Virus record (IMG/VR): IMGVR_UViG_3300045988_142422
DNA: 64,000 nt
Origin: a virus
Lineage: Duplodnaviria; Heunggongvirae; Uroviricota; Caudoviricetes
Reading direction: 5' to 3' (one strand)
Both the position numbers and the translations under genes were made by a program. The stretch's first letter is position 1. Every line of letters begins with the position of its first letter. Under the pieces are notes generated by a model. It was not told the origin of the DNA. It did not search any database and worked only from the letters and a program-made list of their open reading frames with translations. Below, in pieces: positions 8,360 to 18,156 of the stretch.

Positions 8360-9615
8360 TGGCAATCCCGTCCTCGCTCAGTCTTGTGCAACTGCATTCT
8401 GGACAGATGAAAGTCTTCCAGTCTCCGCATCGATTTAAAGTTGTTTGTGCTGGTCGACGCTGGGGAAAATCCCGGTTGTCGATCTCCACTATTATTCGTG
8501 CGGCGGCAAAGGAAAAAAAGCAAAGAGTCTGGTATGTCGCTCCTACTTACCAGATGGCTCGCCAGATTTTGTGGGACGATCTACAGGAAGTTCTGCCTCG
8601 TAAGTGGGTTAGGAAAAAGAACGACACCACGATGACAATCGTGTTGAAGAACGGTTCGGAGATCGCCCTCAAAGGTGCTGATAAGCCTGACACTCTGCGC
8701 GGCGTAGCGTTGCATTTTGTAGTGCTTGATGAATTTCAGGATATGAAGGCTGACACCTGGTACAAGGTGTTACGACCTACTCTTTCATCGACACGCGGCG
8801 GTGCACTGATCATTGGTACGCCAAAAGGCTTCTCGGAATTTCACAAACTGTGGACTATAGGCCAGAACGTAGAGCTGCAAAGAAAGGGACAGTGGAAGAG
8901 CTGGCAGTTTGTAACTGCCGATTCTCCGTTTGTACCTACGGCGGAAATTGAAGCTGCTAAGAACGATATGGACCCGAAATCGTTCGCTCAGGAGTACCTG
9001 GCGAGCTTTGAGAACATGTCCGGGCGCGTTTACTACCCGTTCGATCGTAACGTGCATGTAAAACCGCTTCAGTTCAACCCTCGGTTGCCTATATGGGTAG
9101 GGCAGGACTTCAACATTGACCCGATGTCTTCAGTAATTTTGCAACCTCAGCCAAATGGTGAGCTATGGGCAATTGATGAATTGGTGCTCTTTTCCTCTAA
9201 CACGGCAGAGGTTTGTGATGAGCTTGAGAGACGCTTCTGGCGCTGGAAATCACAGATAACGGTATTTCCAGATCCGGCAGGTGCTTATCGCCAACATGCT
9301 CGCGGGGAGTCTGACGTCGACATATTCAAAGAGAAGGGATTCTTACGTGTCGATTATTCGAAAAAGCACCCGCCAATTGCGGATCGTGTTAATGCTGTTA
9401 ACCGAATGCTGATGACCGCATCTGGAGATATCCGGCTGTATATCGATCCGAAGTGCAAGCATTTGATTGATTCACTGGAAAAAGTCATCTACAAGCCTGG
9501 AACACGAGATATGGATAAGACAGGTGGCATTGAGCATAGTGCAGACGCATTGGGCTATCCAGTACATCGTAGGTATCCAGTCAAAAACCGTGTTATTCTT
9601 GGTGGTTCTCGATAG
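8359..9615 (+). CDS. Terminase large subunit
   Basis: Walker A-like VVCAGRRWGKS, Walker B VVLDEF, C-terminal nuclease-like region; followed by the portal gene. Confidence 0.8.
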   Translation: MAIPSSLSLVQLHSGQMKVFQSPHRFKVVCAGRRWGKSRLSISTIIRAAAKEKKQRVWYVAPTYQMARQILWDDLQEVLPRKWVRKKNDTTMTIVLKNGSEIALKGADKPDTLRGVALHFVVLDEFQDMKADTWYKVLRPTLSSTRGGALIIGTPKGFSEFHKLWTIGQNVELQRKGQWKSWQFVTADSPFVPTAEIEAAKNDMDPKSFAQEYLASFENMSGRVYYPFDRNVHVKPLQFNPRLPIWVGQDFNIDPMSSVILQPQPNGELWAIDELVLFSSNTAEVCDELERRFWRWKSQITVFPDPAGAYRQHARGESDVDIFKEKGFLRVDYSKKHPPIADRVNAVNRMLMTASGDIRLYIDPKCKHLIDSLEKVIYKPGTRDMDKTGGIEHSADALGYPVHRRYPVKNRVILGGSR

Positions 9616-9641
9616 GTAAGTAATTATCTAAGGTTATTCAA

Positions 9642-11216
9642 ATGGAATTGAACGACAAACAAATTAAGGATCTGGTGGCGCGACGCCACCCGGAATACGA
9701 AAAGAAAAAAGAACATTGGGACTTCCTCGCCAGCACTTACGCTGGCGGGCGTGGTTGGTTTACAGACAATATCTTTCGTTACTTTAAAGAGGGAGATCAG
9801 GAGTTTAAGGAGCGAGTTGAACGTGCTTATCGCTTCAACCACACTCGTGAGGTGGTAAACCTCATCAACAAATATCTCTTTAAAGAAGACATTCATAGAA
9901 ATATCGAAGAGGCACCAGAGCAGATCCGCAATTTCTGGAAACGTGCGACTCGCCAGAATGCCTCTATTGACTCATTTATGGCCGCTATTGATTTGCAGTC
10001 GTCTATTTACGGTCGCATATGGGTTGTTGTCGATAGCACGATGAGTGGTGATGTTGAGTCAGTAGCTGACGAGAAAAAGAAAGATGCTCGCGCCTACGCC
10101 TACTGGATTTCACCTCAGCAAATGCTGGATGTGGCATGGGACGACGACGGGAATATGTTGTGGGCGTTAATTGTGGAAGTCGCTCGTGATGACGCAGATC
10201 CTTTTACTTCTACAGGTCAGGAATACCAACGTTATCGTCTGTGGACACAAAACGAGTGGTATCTGTTCCGTGAGGAAGTGAAGAAGGGCGCTGGTGGAGC
10301 AGGTCGCCGTCAGGCAAAAGTTATTTTAGAGGATAGCGGTGAGCATAATCTCGGCGTAGTTCCTGTGTTTCCTGTTGATTGTATTGGAGAAAGTGAATCA
10401 CCGTATTTCAGCCCATCGTTGATCGATGATATCGCTTATCTTGATCGTGCGGTTGCAAACTATCTGTCAAACCTTGATGCCATTATTCAGGATCAGACAT
10501 TTAGCCAGTTGGCTATACCGGTACAGTCGCTTTTACCTGGTGATGAAAACCACACTAAAGTGCTTGAAATGGGCACAAAGCGAGTATTCACCTACGATTC
10601 TGAAGGTGGAAACCAGCCGTTTTATCTGTCACCAGACCCGAAACAAGCTCAGATGATCATCACTACGATTAAGACGGTGATTAACGAAATCTACCATTCA
10701 GTTGGTGTAGCTGGTGAGCGAACGAAGCAGGACAACGCACAGGGAATCGATAATTCATCTGGTGCCGCAAAAATGTATGACTTCCAGCGTGTAAATAGCT
10801 TGCTTGTCACAAAAGCAGAGCGTCTGGAAAGGGCTGAACGCCAAATCATGCTACTGGTTGCGAAATGGATGGGGGTAGATCTGGACGAAGACCACTCTTT
10901 AATTGCGTATCCAGAAAGTTTCGATATTCGTGGCCTTACTGATGAATTTTCTGTTGCCGAGAAACTGTCATTACTTCAGGCACCGGACTCTGTACGTCGT
11001 CACCAGATGGAAATGCTTATTGAGAAGATTTTCCCGAACATTACTGAGGCGATGAAAAAGGAATTTGATAAAGATCTCTTGAATTTTCCTCCAAAAAATG
11101 ATCTAAATACCCTTGAAAATAAGTCAGTACTTACTTATGATCGTGGTGCAGCCCAAGAAAGCGGGCAAGATCAACCCCGAGGGAATGGGGACTCATCTAC
11201 TCAAGAGAACGAGTGA
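9642..11216 (+). CDS. Portal protein
   Basis: 524-aa protein between terminase and scaffold/capsid genes; size and position typical of a portal. Confidence 0.75.
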   Translation: MELNDKQIKDLVARRHPEYEKKKEHWDFLASTYAGGRGWFTDNIFRYFKEGDQEFKERVERAYRFNHTREVVNLINKYLFKEDIHRNIEEAPEQIRNFWKRATRQNASIDSFMAAIDLQSSIYGRIWVVVDSTMSGDVESVADEKKKDARAYAYWISPQQMLDVAWDDDGNMLWALIVEVARDDADPFTSTGQEYQRYRLWTQNEWYLFREEVKKGAGGAGRRQAKVILEDSGEHNLGVVPVFPVDCIGESESPYFSPSLIDDIAYLDRAVANYLSNLDAIIQDQTFSQLAIPVQSLLPGDENHTKVLEMGTKRVFTYDSEGGNQPFYLSPDPKQAQMIITTIKTVINEIYHSVGVAGERTKQDNAQGIDNSSGAAKMYDFQRVNSLLVTKAERLERAERQIMLLVAKWMGVDLDEDHSLIAYPESFDIRGLTDEFSVAEKLSLLQAPDSVRRHQMEMLIEKIFPNITEAMKKEFDKDLLNFPPKNDLNTLENKSVLTYDRGAAQESGQDQPRGNGDSSTQENE

Positions 11217-11237
11217 TAAGTAACAAAAGGAATTTTT

Positions 11238-12125
11238 ATGAATCTGTGGCAAATGCTTTTGGCCCGTCGTGGTCTGATGGATGTCGCTGAAGCGCATGAG
11301 CGTGGAGGCGCTGGCGGTGTAGCTGCTGATAATGAGCAGAGTACACAAGATCCTGACAAACAGGGTGAACAAAAAGAGCAGCCGAAGGGCGATGACGAAT
11401 ACGCTGGCATGACTCAGGAAGAGTTACTGGCCGAACTTCGTAAAACCAAGAAAGCTGGTGCTGAACTGCTGAAGGAGAACATGAAGCGCAAAGAGAAAGA
11501 GCGCACATTGGCCGATCAGCTTGCTCAGTACGGTGATATCGATCCGGCTCGTGCTCGCCAGCTTTTAGAAGCTGAACAGGCCGCAGAAAACGCACGTCGT
11601 GAGGCGGAGCAAGCTGAACTGGAGCGTCGTGGTGAGTTCGATGCTGTTAAAAAACAGATGATCGAAGCACACCAGGCAGAGCTGGCACAGCGTGACGAAC
11701 GTTATGCAGCACTGGAAAGTGAAAACGCATCACTGAAATCTCAATTAGTCGAGATGACCGTGGGCGCTTCCTTCAGTAACTCTCTCTTCCTACGTGACAA
11801 AGTTCTGATGACCCCGGCAAAAGCCCGCGTGATCTACGGTTCTCATTTTGAAGTGGGTGAAGACGGTAGCGTAGTGGGTTATGACAAACCGGCAGGTCAC
11901 AAAGAACGAGCTGTTCTGGTTGACGGTGAAGGTAAGCCGTTGCCGTTTGAATCCGCGATTGAACGCATTGTGCGGGCAGATCCGGAAGCTGACGCATTGA
12001 TGCGTAGCGAAGCCAAGCAGGGTGTAGGCTCACATTCCAAATCGACCTACACAATATCCCAACCGAAGAACAAGTCGACTATGGATAAGTTGGCCTCCGG
12101 TCTGGGGAAAATTGGACTTAAGTAA
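11238..12125 (+). CDS. Scaffolding protein (putative)
   Basis: Highly charged, coiled-coil-like protein between portal and major capsid genes. Confidence 0.6.
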   Translation: MNLWQMLLARRGLMDVAEAHERGGAGGVAADNEQSTQDPDKQGEQKEQPKGDDEYAGMTQEELLAELRKTKKAGAELLKENMKRKEKERTLADQLAQYGDIDPARARQLLEAEQAAENARREAEQAELERRGEFDAVKKQMIEAHQAELAQRDERYAALESENASLKSQLVEMTVGASFSNSLFLRDKVLMTPAKARVIYGSHFEVGEDGSVVGYDKPAGHKERAVLVDGEGKPLPFESAIERIVRADPEADALMRSEAKQGVGSHSKSTYTISQPKNKSTMDKLASGLGKIGLK

Positions 12126-12150
12126 CATCTAAATCAAAGGGAATTGATAG

Positions 12151-13026
12151 ATGCCATTACTGCGTGAAGAAGCTGAAAAGCTGTCTAACAACGAACTTGA
12201 ACAGGGTGTGATCGAAACTATCATCGATCGCGATGACCTGTTTGCCATCCTGCCTTTTATGAAAATTAATTCAAAGGCATATCTGTACAACCGTGAAAAA
12301 ACGCTGAGTGAAGCTACCTTCATCGACGTTAACGACACCATCCCTGAAGGTGCAGCAACCTTCGAAGAATGCGTTGCGAAACTGCGTATTCTGGCTGGTG
12401 ACGTAGACGTTGATAAATTCCTGGCGACCACTATGGCCGACACCAACAACCAGTTGGCTATTCAGGTTCGTCAGAAAGTTAAAGGTCTGGCTCGTGCGTT
12501 CCGTCGCAACCTGATTTTGGGTGACTCCAGCTCCAACAACAAGGCGTTTGACGGCATTCCACGCCTGATGCACGCAGATCAGAAGATCGATATCGCCGGT
12601 GCATCTATGACTTTCTCTATGTTCGACGAACTGGTCGATGCGGTGAAAGATCTTGGTGCTGACTGCATCATGATGCGTTCAGAGCACCTGCGTGCTTACC
12701 GTGCGCTGCTGCGTACAGTAAACGTAGGTCCGTCTGAAATCATGATGGAGAACTTCGGTCGTCCGATGCTGTGTCATAACGGCGTTCCGTTCATCATCAA
12801 CGACTTCATCCCGACCGATTCTGGCAAAGCAAGCATCTACTGCCTGCATCTGTCAGAAGAGAACGGCGTTACTGGTCTGTATGGCGGCGACAACGCAGGT
12901 ATCGTTGTTGAAAACATTGGTACTGTACAGAACAAAGACGCAGTACGTACCCGTGTGAAGTGGTACTGCTCTCTGGCGAATAAGCACGATAAGGCTATCG
13001 CTGCACTGACCAATGTAAAAATTTAA
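12151..13026 (+). CDS. Major capsid protein
   Basis: Position after the scaffold gene, size 291 aa, and a strong intrinsic terminator immediately downstream (typical of highly expressed capsid genes). Confidence 0.7.
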   Translation: MPLLREEAEKLSNNELEQGVIETIIDRDDLFAILPFMKINSKAYLYNREKTLSEATFIDVNDTIPEGAATFEECVAKLRILAGDVDVDKFLATTMADTNNQLAIQVRQKVKGLARAFRRNLILGDSSSNNKAFDGIPRLMHADQKIDIAGASMTFSMFDELVDAVKDLGADCIMMRSEHLRAYRALLRTVNVGPSEIMMENFGRPMLCHNGVPFIINDFIPTDSGKASIYCLHLSEENGVTGLYGGDNAGIVVENIGTVQNKDAVRTRVKWYCSLANKHDKAIAALTNVKI

Positions 13027-13057
13027 TCAGTGAAGTAGATAAGTAATTATCTATGTT

Positions 13058-13087
13058 AAAGGGTGGGCTATACGCCCACCCTTTTTG
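13058..13087 (+). terminator. Rho-independent terminator after the capsid gene
   Basis: GGGTGGGC-TATAC-GCCCACCC stem-loop followed by TTTTT. Confidence 0.75.
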
Positions 13088-13099
13088 TAGGAGCGAGAA

Positions 13100-14020
13100 A
13101 TGCCAGAACAAAAGATGAAGATTACGGAAGAGGCATTTTCGGATTTTACGGGGCATATGTGCCGTGCCGGATTTACCAATTCTATCTCCGATGAACCTTT
13201 AACCGAGCGACAACAAAGTCAGCTATCTGCTTGTTTGCAGGCGGTTCCCTTCTCCCAATCCGTAAACATAACCCCGGCTTCACCGTCAGTTTTGGTTGGG
13301 AAAACTGTTCAACTTAGTGCAGGTATTACTATGGGTAAGAGTGCCAGTTCATTCACCTGGAAGTCAGCCAATGATCAAATTGCAACCGTCAACGGCACTG
13401 GATTAGTAACTGGCGTAGCACCAGGCAAAGTGAAAATTACCGCAACTGATCAGGAAACCCAGCTTTCCGCGTCAGTGGAAGTCACCGTAAATCCGGTAGC
13501 CGTTCAATCCGTAACGGTAACGCCAGACTCAACCTCTGTTGAGAAAGGGAAATCAGTCAGTCTGAAAGCGAATGTTCAGCCGTCAAATGCGACGAATAAG
13601 GCAGTTACTTGGTCTTCCAAAAATGAAGACAAGGCAACGGTAGACCAGAGCGGGAACGTTACTGGTGTAGAAGTTGGCACTGCGACGATTGAGATCGTTT
13701 CCCAAGATGGCAGCAAAAAGGGAACTGCAACGGTGGAAGTAACTGCGCCTGTTGTGGCTGTTACCGGCGTCGAAATCGACCCAAATAGCACAACCGTTGA
13801 GGCAAACAAAACTGTTCAGCTGACCGCAAATGTCGAGCCGGCAGGAGCAACAAATAAAACCGTTACTTGGGAATCCAAAAATACCGAGTTTGCAACGGTG
13901 GATAGCGAAACCGGTGTTGTAACTGGCGTTGCGGCTGGTACTGCCACAATCGAGGTTACTACCCAAGATGGTAGCCACAAAGCGACAGCGACCGTAGAAG
14001 TCACTGCTGCACAGGAATAA
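13100..14020 (+). CDS. Ig-like (Big_2-type) repeat protein, possible capsid decoration protein
   Basis: Three tandem segments with the bacterial Ig-like pattern (VTVTPDSTSVEKGKSVSLKANVQPSNATNKAVTWSS... repeated). Confidence 0.65.
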   Translation: MPEQKMKITEEAFSDFTGHMCRAGFTNSISDEPLTERQQSQLSACLQAVPFSQSVNITPASPSVLVGKTVQLSAGITMGKSASSFTWKSANDQIATVNGTGLVTGVAPGKVKITATDQETQLSASVEVTVNPVAVQSVTVTPDSTSVEKGKSVSLKANVQPSNATNKAVTWSSKNEDKATVDQSGNVTGVEVGTATIEIVSQDGSKKGTATVEVTAPVVAVTGVEIDPNSTTVEANKTVQLTANVEPAGATNKTVTWESKNTEFATVDSETGVVTGVAAGTATIEVTTQDGSHKATATVEVTAAQE

Positions 14021-14064
14021 TCAATATTGGGCGGCGAAAGCCGCCCATGTAGAGAGAATGCGTT

Positions 14065-14499
14065 ATGAAACCAGCAAAAATTGTTTTATTAGAACCGCAA
14101 TTTTCCGGTTATTCGGGAATGTTGTGCGGCGTTCAGTTCGAGAACGGGGTGTCCGTAGCGGAGTTGCCTTTTATCGATCAGCAAAGGATTTGTGCCTCAA
14201 TGCGAGCATCAACAGTCGAGGGCAAAAATGTTTCTCCGTCTGCCGCATACAGTGATCGTGGCGAGTTGACCGCAGACCTGATTACCGAGCCAGCAGCACC
14301 TGACATTGTGCCAATGAAACGTGGGACACCAGATGAACCGGCCAAACAGATCCAGACTTTCACACGAGAAGAGTTGGAGTCAATTGCAGACAATGAAGGC
14401 ATTGCCGGTCTACGTGTGATTGGTAATCAGGTTGGTGTCAAAGCGAAAGGAATTGTCGAGATGATTGAAGGCATCCTGAAAGCACAAGGCGGTGAGTAA
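14065..14499 (+). CDS. Hypothetical head-tail joining region protein
   Basis: ORF in the conserved slot between capsid and tail genes; ATG start. Confidence 0.45.
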   Translation: MKPAKIVLLEPQFSGYSGMLCGVQFENGVSVAELPFIDQQRICASMRASTVEGKNVSPSAAYSDRGELTADLITEPAAPDIVPMKRGTPDEPAKQIQTFTREELESIADNEGIAGLRVIGNQVGVKAKGIVEMIEGILKAQGGE

Positions 14500-15332
14500 T
14501 GGCGCAGATCGACTCGTATCGTAGCGGTGAAGTTGTTTCCCTTTCATTTGCCTTCAACGTGCTGGATATCGAATCTGCTACCTACACAGTAAAGGACAGC
14601 ACCGGGGCTATTCTCGTTGATGGCGAGCCGCTAGAAATTACCAGCGGTCAAATGTCGATTCCGGTTGTCGTGTCGGCTGAATATAACCAGCTCTCTGAGA
14701 AAGAACGCGATCTGCGGTACGTCATTGTGAAGGCTGTTGCATCGGGTCTGACGCATGAAGAGCGGCAAATGTATGTTCTGCTGAATAGTTTTGAACTGTC
14801 GATACCAGAACAGTCGTTTGCAACTGTCGCTGATGCTCAAATGCAGGCGATCGATATGCTGAATGGGGACACTTTGCTGTCGGATGGTGAAGGCTTAATG
14901 CGCAAGCGTCTCATTGAGGCTACCAGACGAATTAAAACTTTACCGTTCTCAATCCGCAAAATTCTACGTATCGACTTTGACCGATACGATCGCCCTCAAA
15001 ATATGCTGAATGTGTATGACATTCCGTGGGGAGCAGATGGAGCGTACCGGCATGATTTAGTCGATTGGGAAAAGATGACGCAGGAGAAGTTTGAAGAGTT
15101 CCCTGACTACTTCAAAGAAGCGTTGATGCTTGCCGTTGTCAACGAAGCGTGTGAGATCGCAAATGGCAATGATGTTGCCGCAGCACGAGAGGATGGCATT
15201 TTGTCAGAGTCAATCGGTGAAACAACCAACATGTACCGTACCGGTAAAGCTGCAAACGTTCATGTGGCTCGCAGTACCTGGCGCTTGCTGGTCAGTTACA
15301 TCAACAACCGTATGATTGTTCGCCGTGCGTAA
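14499..15332 (+). CDS. Hypothetical head-tail joining region protein
   Basis: Start overlaps the upstream stop (translational coupling). Confidence 0.45.
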   Translation: MAQIDSYRSGEVVSLSFAFNVLDIESATYTVKDSTGAILVDGEPLEITSGQMSIPVVVSAEYNQLSEKERDLRYVIVKAVASGLTHEERQMYVLLNSFELSIPEQSFATVADAQMQAIDMLNGDTLLSDGEGLMRKRLIEATRRIKTLPFSIRKILRIDFDRYDRPQNMLNVYDIPWGADGAYRHDLVDWEKMTQEKFEEFPDYFKEALMLAVVNEACEIANGNDVAAAREDGILSESIGETTNMYRTGKAANVHVARSTWRLLVSYINNRMIVRRA

Positions 15333-15411
15333 CGCCAGTCGCATTATTTACTTTTGGTCGAAAGGGTTTTTGGCCAGTAATGAGAGCGACCGACAACAAC
15401 AGAGAGAGAGC

Positions 15412-15756
15412 ATGAATATTTCGTGGCAAACAGAAATTGCGATCTACCGCTTTGGCGCAAAGAACGTTTACGGCGAGGCGCAATTACAATTCGTCAGGAA
15501 GACGAATGTCGGCGTGGTTAAGTTCGAACAGAGTAATGAGAAATCGTCAGTTCGTGCTGATAGCTCTGGTAGTCGTGGTAAGGCGAGTCTGGAGCTGTTT
15601 GATGCTGTGTTAGTTGTCCCTTTAGAAGCGGCTGTACAACTTGATGATGTGCTGATCCTTGAAGGTCAAAAATTAAAGGTGTCCAGTGTTCATCGCCGCT
15701 GGGGGCTACGAGGAAGACCTGGGCATCTTGAAGTAGGGGCGAATATATGGGTCTGA
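15412..15756 (+). CDS. Hypothetical head-tail joining protein
   Basis: ORF 15316-15756 in the track begins with TTG; the first ATG (MNISWQTE...) is at 15412. Start uncertain. Confidence 0.4.
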   Translation: MNISWQTEIAIYRFGAKNVYGEAQLQFVRKTNVGVVKFEQSNEKSSVRADSSGSRGKASLELFDAVLVVPLEAAVQLDDVLILEGQKLKVSSVHRRWGLRGRPGHLEVGANIWV

Positions 15757-16220
15757 AATACGATGCGCATCAGTTCAAACGTGCGGGGAATCGACTCAAC
15801 AACAGCCAGAAAGCATTTAAGCGATATCTTATCCGGGACATGGAAAAGCTGGCGCGTTTGGTTGAGCGTCTCAGCCGTGCAATGGCCCCGCTGGAAACCG
15901 GATCTCTGGAGACAGCCATCTTTGCCAGGGTGATTAAAGAAGGTTATTCAGGGCTGCGTATTGAGCTTTCTGTGTCTGGAGCAAAACCACGTCAGGGGCA
16001 TCCGGGCGTAGAAGTAGGTGACTATGCTAAGTACATGGAGCTGGGTAAATACCGACTCGGTTATCTTTCTCGAATGAAGAACGTGACAAACCCACCAATT
16101 GCCGGTGTTAAACCCCGTGTTGGGCCACACTTTCTGGAAAGAGCGGTGGAAATTAGCGAGAAGCAGTTCTCAGAAGCGATTCTTGAGGCTGCCAGAAAAG
16201 CCGGATTTACGAGAGGTTAA
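15747..16220 (+). CDS. Hypothetical head-tail joining protein
   Basis: ATG start overlapping the upstream gene end. Confidence 0.45.
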   Translation: MGLKYDAHQFKRAGNRLNNSQKAFKRYLIRDMEKLARLVERLSRAMAPLETGSLETAIFARVIKEGYSGLRIELSVSGAKPRQGHPGVEVGDYAKYMELGKYRLGYLSRMKNVTNPPIAGVKPRVGPHFLERAVEISEKQFSEAILEAARKAGFTRG

Positions 16221-16221
16221 T

Positions 16222-16605
16222 GTGTTTATTGAAGCGTTTGCAAGTTTGATGCAGAAGGCAAAGATTGGCACGGTCGGGACTGACATTTTCTGTCACTACT
16301 TGCCTGCCAATGTGAAATCTGGCGTCCTGCTTATTAACCCAAATACCGGCATCAGCATCGATCATGAGCTACAGGGCTTTTATCACGAATCATTCACAAT
16401 CATTGTGCGTGGTTCGTCAATTACTACGACGGTTGAGAAAGCCAATAAAATCATTGAGATGTTTCCAGTAGAGGAAACGGAATCTGGTGGTGTTTATTTT
16501 CGACTTGTACGACCGATGGCGATGCCAATCATTTATCCCAAAAATGATGGGGCATTAATAGAAGCAGGCATTCCTGTTGAATTTGCTGGCTATTTATTGA
16601 ATTAA
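16222..16605 (+). CDS. Hypothetical tail completion/neck protein
   Basis: Open frame from 16099; GTG at 16222 lies immediately after the upstream TAA stop. Start uncertain. Confidence 0.4.
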   Translation: MFIEAFASLMQKAKIGTVGTDIFCHYLPANVKSGVLLINPNTGISIDHELQGFYHESFTIIVRGSSITTTVEKANKIIEMFPVEETESGGVYFRLVRPMAMPIIYPKNDGALIEAGIPVEFAGYLLN

Positions 16606-16679
16606 CTCAATTGGTAAGTATATACTTACTATTAGCGCAATGAATGCGTAGAATTAACGGAAAAAGGAGTTTTCCATCA

Positions 16680-17426
16680 ATGTCTAATACCCATGTAAAA
16701 AACATCAAACTTGGTGCCTGTAAGGTGTCGTTTGGTGGTGTGGATTTGGGTTACACCAAAGGTGGTGTTCAGGTTGAAGTAGCCACTGAAACGCTGAAAG
16801 TCACCGTCGATCAGTTGGGGCAGACCGTAATTTCCGAATTAGTTCAGGGGCGCAACATTACCATCACCGCGCCTCTGGCTGAGTCTGTACTCCAAAACAT
16901 GGTTGACCTGATGCCTGGTTCTACTCTGAGCGAAGATGACAACTCTGTCACGATCACATCTGCACAGGGCGTTAACCTGATTGATGTGGCGAAGGAGCTG
17001 GTTCTGACTCCGCAGGACACCACCGACTATGTGTTGACCATCCCGAAAGCGGCAACCGCGGGCAACTTCACTATGACCTACCAGTCTGATGATGTTCGTG
17101 TGTTCTCTGTTCAGTTCAGCGCATACCCGGATGATGAAGGCGTTCTGGGCAAAATGAGCGGTCCTAAACCGGTAAAAACTGTGTCGATCTCACCGGAATC
17201 TCCAACCGTAAAAGCTGGAGAAACTGTGCAACTGACAGCCGAAATCACTCCAGCTGATGCCGCAGACAAAACCGGTGTTTGGGAATCCGAAGACCAGGAA
17301 AAGGCCACGGTAGATCAAACGGGTCTGGTACGTGGTGTGGCGCAGGGTTCTACAAATATCTCCTTCACCAGCAATAGCGGTGGTAAGAAGGCAACTAAGT
17401 CAGTAACGATTAACCCCGCAGATTAA
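16680..17426 (+). CDS. Major tail protein with C-terminal Ig-like domain (lambda gpV-like arrangement)
   Basis: AAGGAG upstream of ATG 16680; C-terminal Big_2-like segment (VSISPESPTVKAGETVQLTAEITPADAADKTGVWES); strong terminator downstream. Confidence 0.65.
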   Translation: MSNTHVKNIKLGACKVSFGGVDLGYTKGGVQVEVATETLKVTVDQLGQTVISELVQGRNITITAPLAESVLQNMVDLMPGSTLSEDDNSVTITSAQGVNLIDVAKELVLTPQDTTDYVLTIPKAATAGNFTMTYQSDDVRVFSVQFSAYPDDEGVLGKMSGPKPVKTVSISPESPTVKAGETVQLTAEITPADAADKTGVWESEDQEKATVDQTGLVRGVAQGSTNISFTSNSGGKKATKSVTINPAD

Positions 17427-17439
17427 TCAGTAATTAAGC

Positions 17440-17468
17440 AGAGGCTCAGGATGGGCCTCTCTTTTAAA
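17440..17468 (+). terminator. Rho-independent terminator after the major tail gene
   Basis: GAGGC...GCCTC stem followed by CTTTTAAAA. Confidence 0.5.
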
Positions 17469-17481
17469 AGGATTTTAACCA

Positions 17482-17799
17482 ATGACCAAATTACTCGATC
17501 TAGATTCCATTCTGCCTCCGAAGAAAAGCATCAAATTTGGCGGTCAGGAATATCCCATCGTTGAAATGACGGTAGGTCTGTTCGTTTCCATCAAGCAGAT
17601 GGAAGGCAAAGATCTCATGAATATGTCTCCTGTTGAGCAAGTGACAGCTTATGCAGATCTGGTTCGTAAGGTTATCCCTTCAGTACCTGACGAAGTTCTT
17701 GAAAAACTGACTGTTCCGCAACTCCAGCAGATCTTCACCTTCGCTATGGAAGTGATTGATGAAGAAAACGAAAAAGCGGCTGGCGAAGGGGCAAAGTAA
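17482..17799 (+). CDS. Tail assembly chaperone (gpG-like)
   Basis: Small acidic protein immediately upstream of the tape measure gene. Confidence 0.55.
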   Translation: MTKLLDLDSILPPKKSIKFGGQEYPIVEMTVGLFVSIKQMEGKDLMNMSPVEQVTAYADLVRKVIPSVPDEVLEKLTVPQLQQIFTFAMEVIDEENEKAAGEGAK

Positions 17800-18149
17800 T
17801 TTCCCGCGATGAATCCGGGACAAGGACCGTCTCAATAGATCTCGGATTCTATTTCAGTCGTGTAGTTGCTCACTACGCCGTGTCGCCATTAGAGCTACTG
17901 AACGTTCCTCTCACGATGTTCTGGATGCTCAGTCGCAATATAGACCGTCTGCGTGCGGAAGAGGATGTCCGCAACTTACAAGTCGCTCGTGCGTCCCAGG
18001 CGGATGGCGAGGCTGTGAAGGCGTTCATGGAGGGTTTGCAACTCAGGATTGGAAGACCAGTCGTAACAGATAAAGTCTACGATCCAAGCCAGGATAAGGC
18101 AGACCCTGACGCCAAAGAGCAACTGATGCAAATATTTGGCAGAGGATGA
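17763..18149 (+). CDS. Putative frameshift extension of the tail assembly chaperone (gpGT-like)
   Basis: The -1 frame relative to 17482-17799 is open from 17763 and overlaps the chaperone's 3' end. Slippery site not confidently identified. Confidence 0.35.
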   Translation, partial: RKRKSGWRRGKVISRDESGTRTVSIDLGFYFSRVVAHYAVSPLELLNVPLTMFWMLSRNIDRLRAEEDVRNLQVARASQADGEAVKAFMEGLQLRIGRPVVTDKVYDPSQDKADPDAKEQLMQIFGRG

Positions 18150-18156
18150 CAAGGGA

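Noticed and set aside
9612-9629. GGTAAGTA resembling a eukaryotic 5' splice-donor consensus
   Set aside because: Coincidental similarity; the motif is part of the bacterial-style intergenic palindrome family and the genome is otherwise clearly phage.
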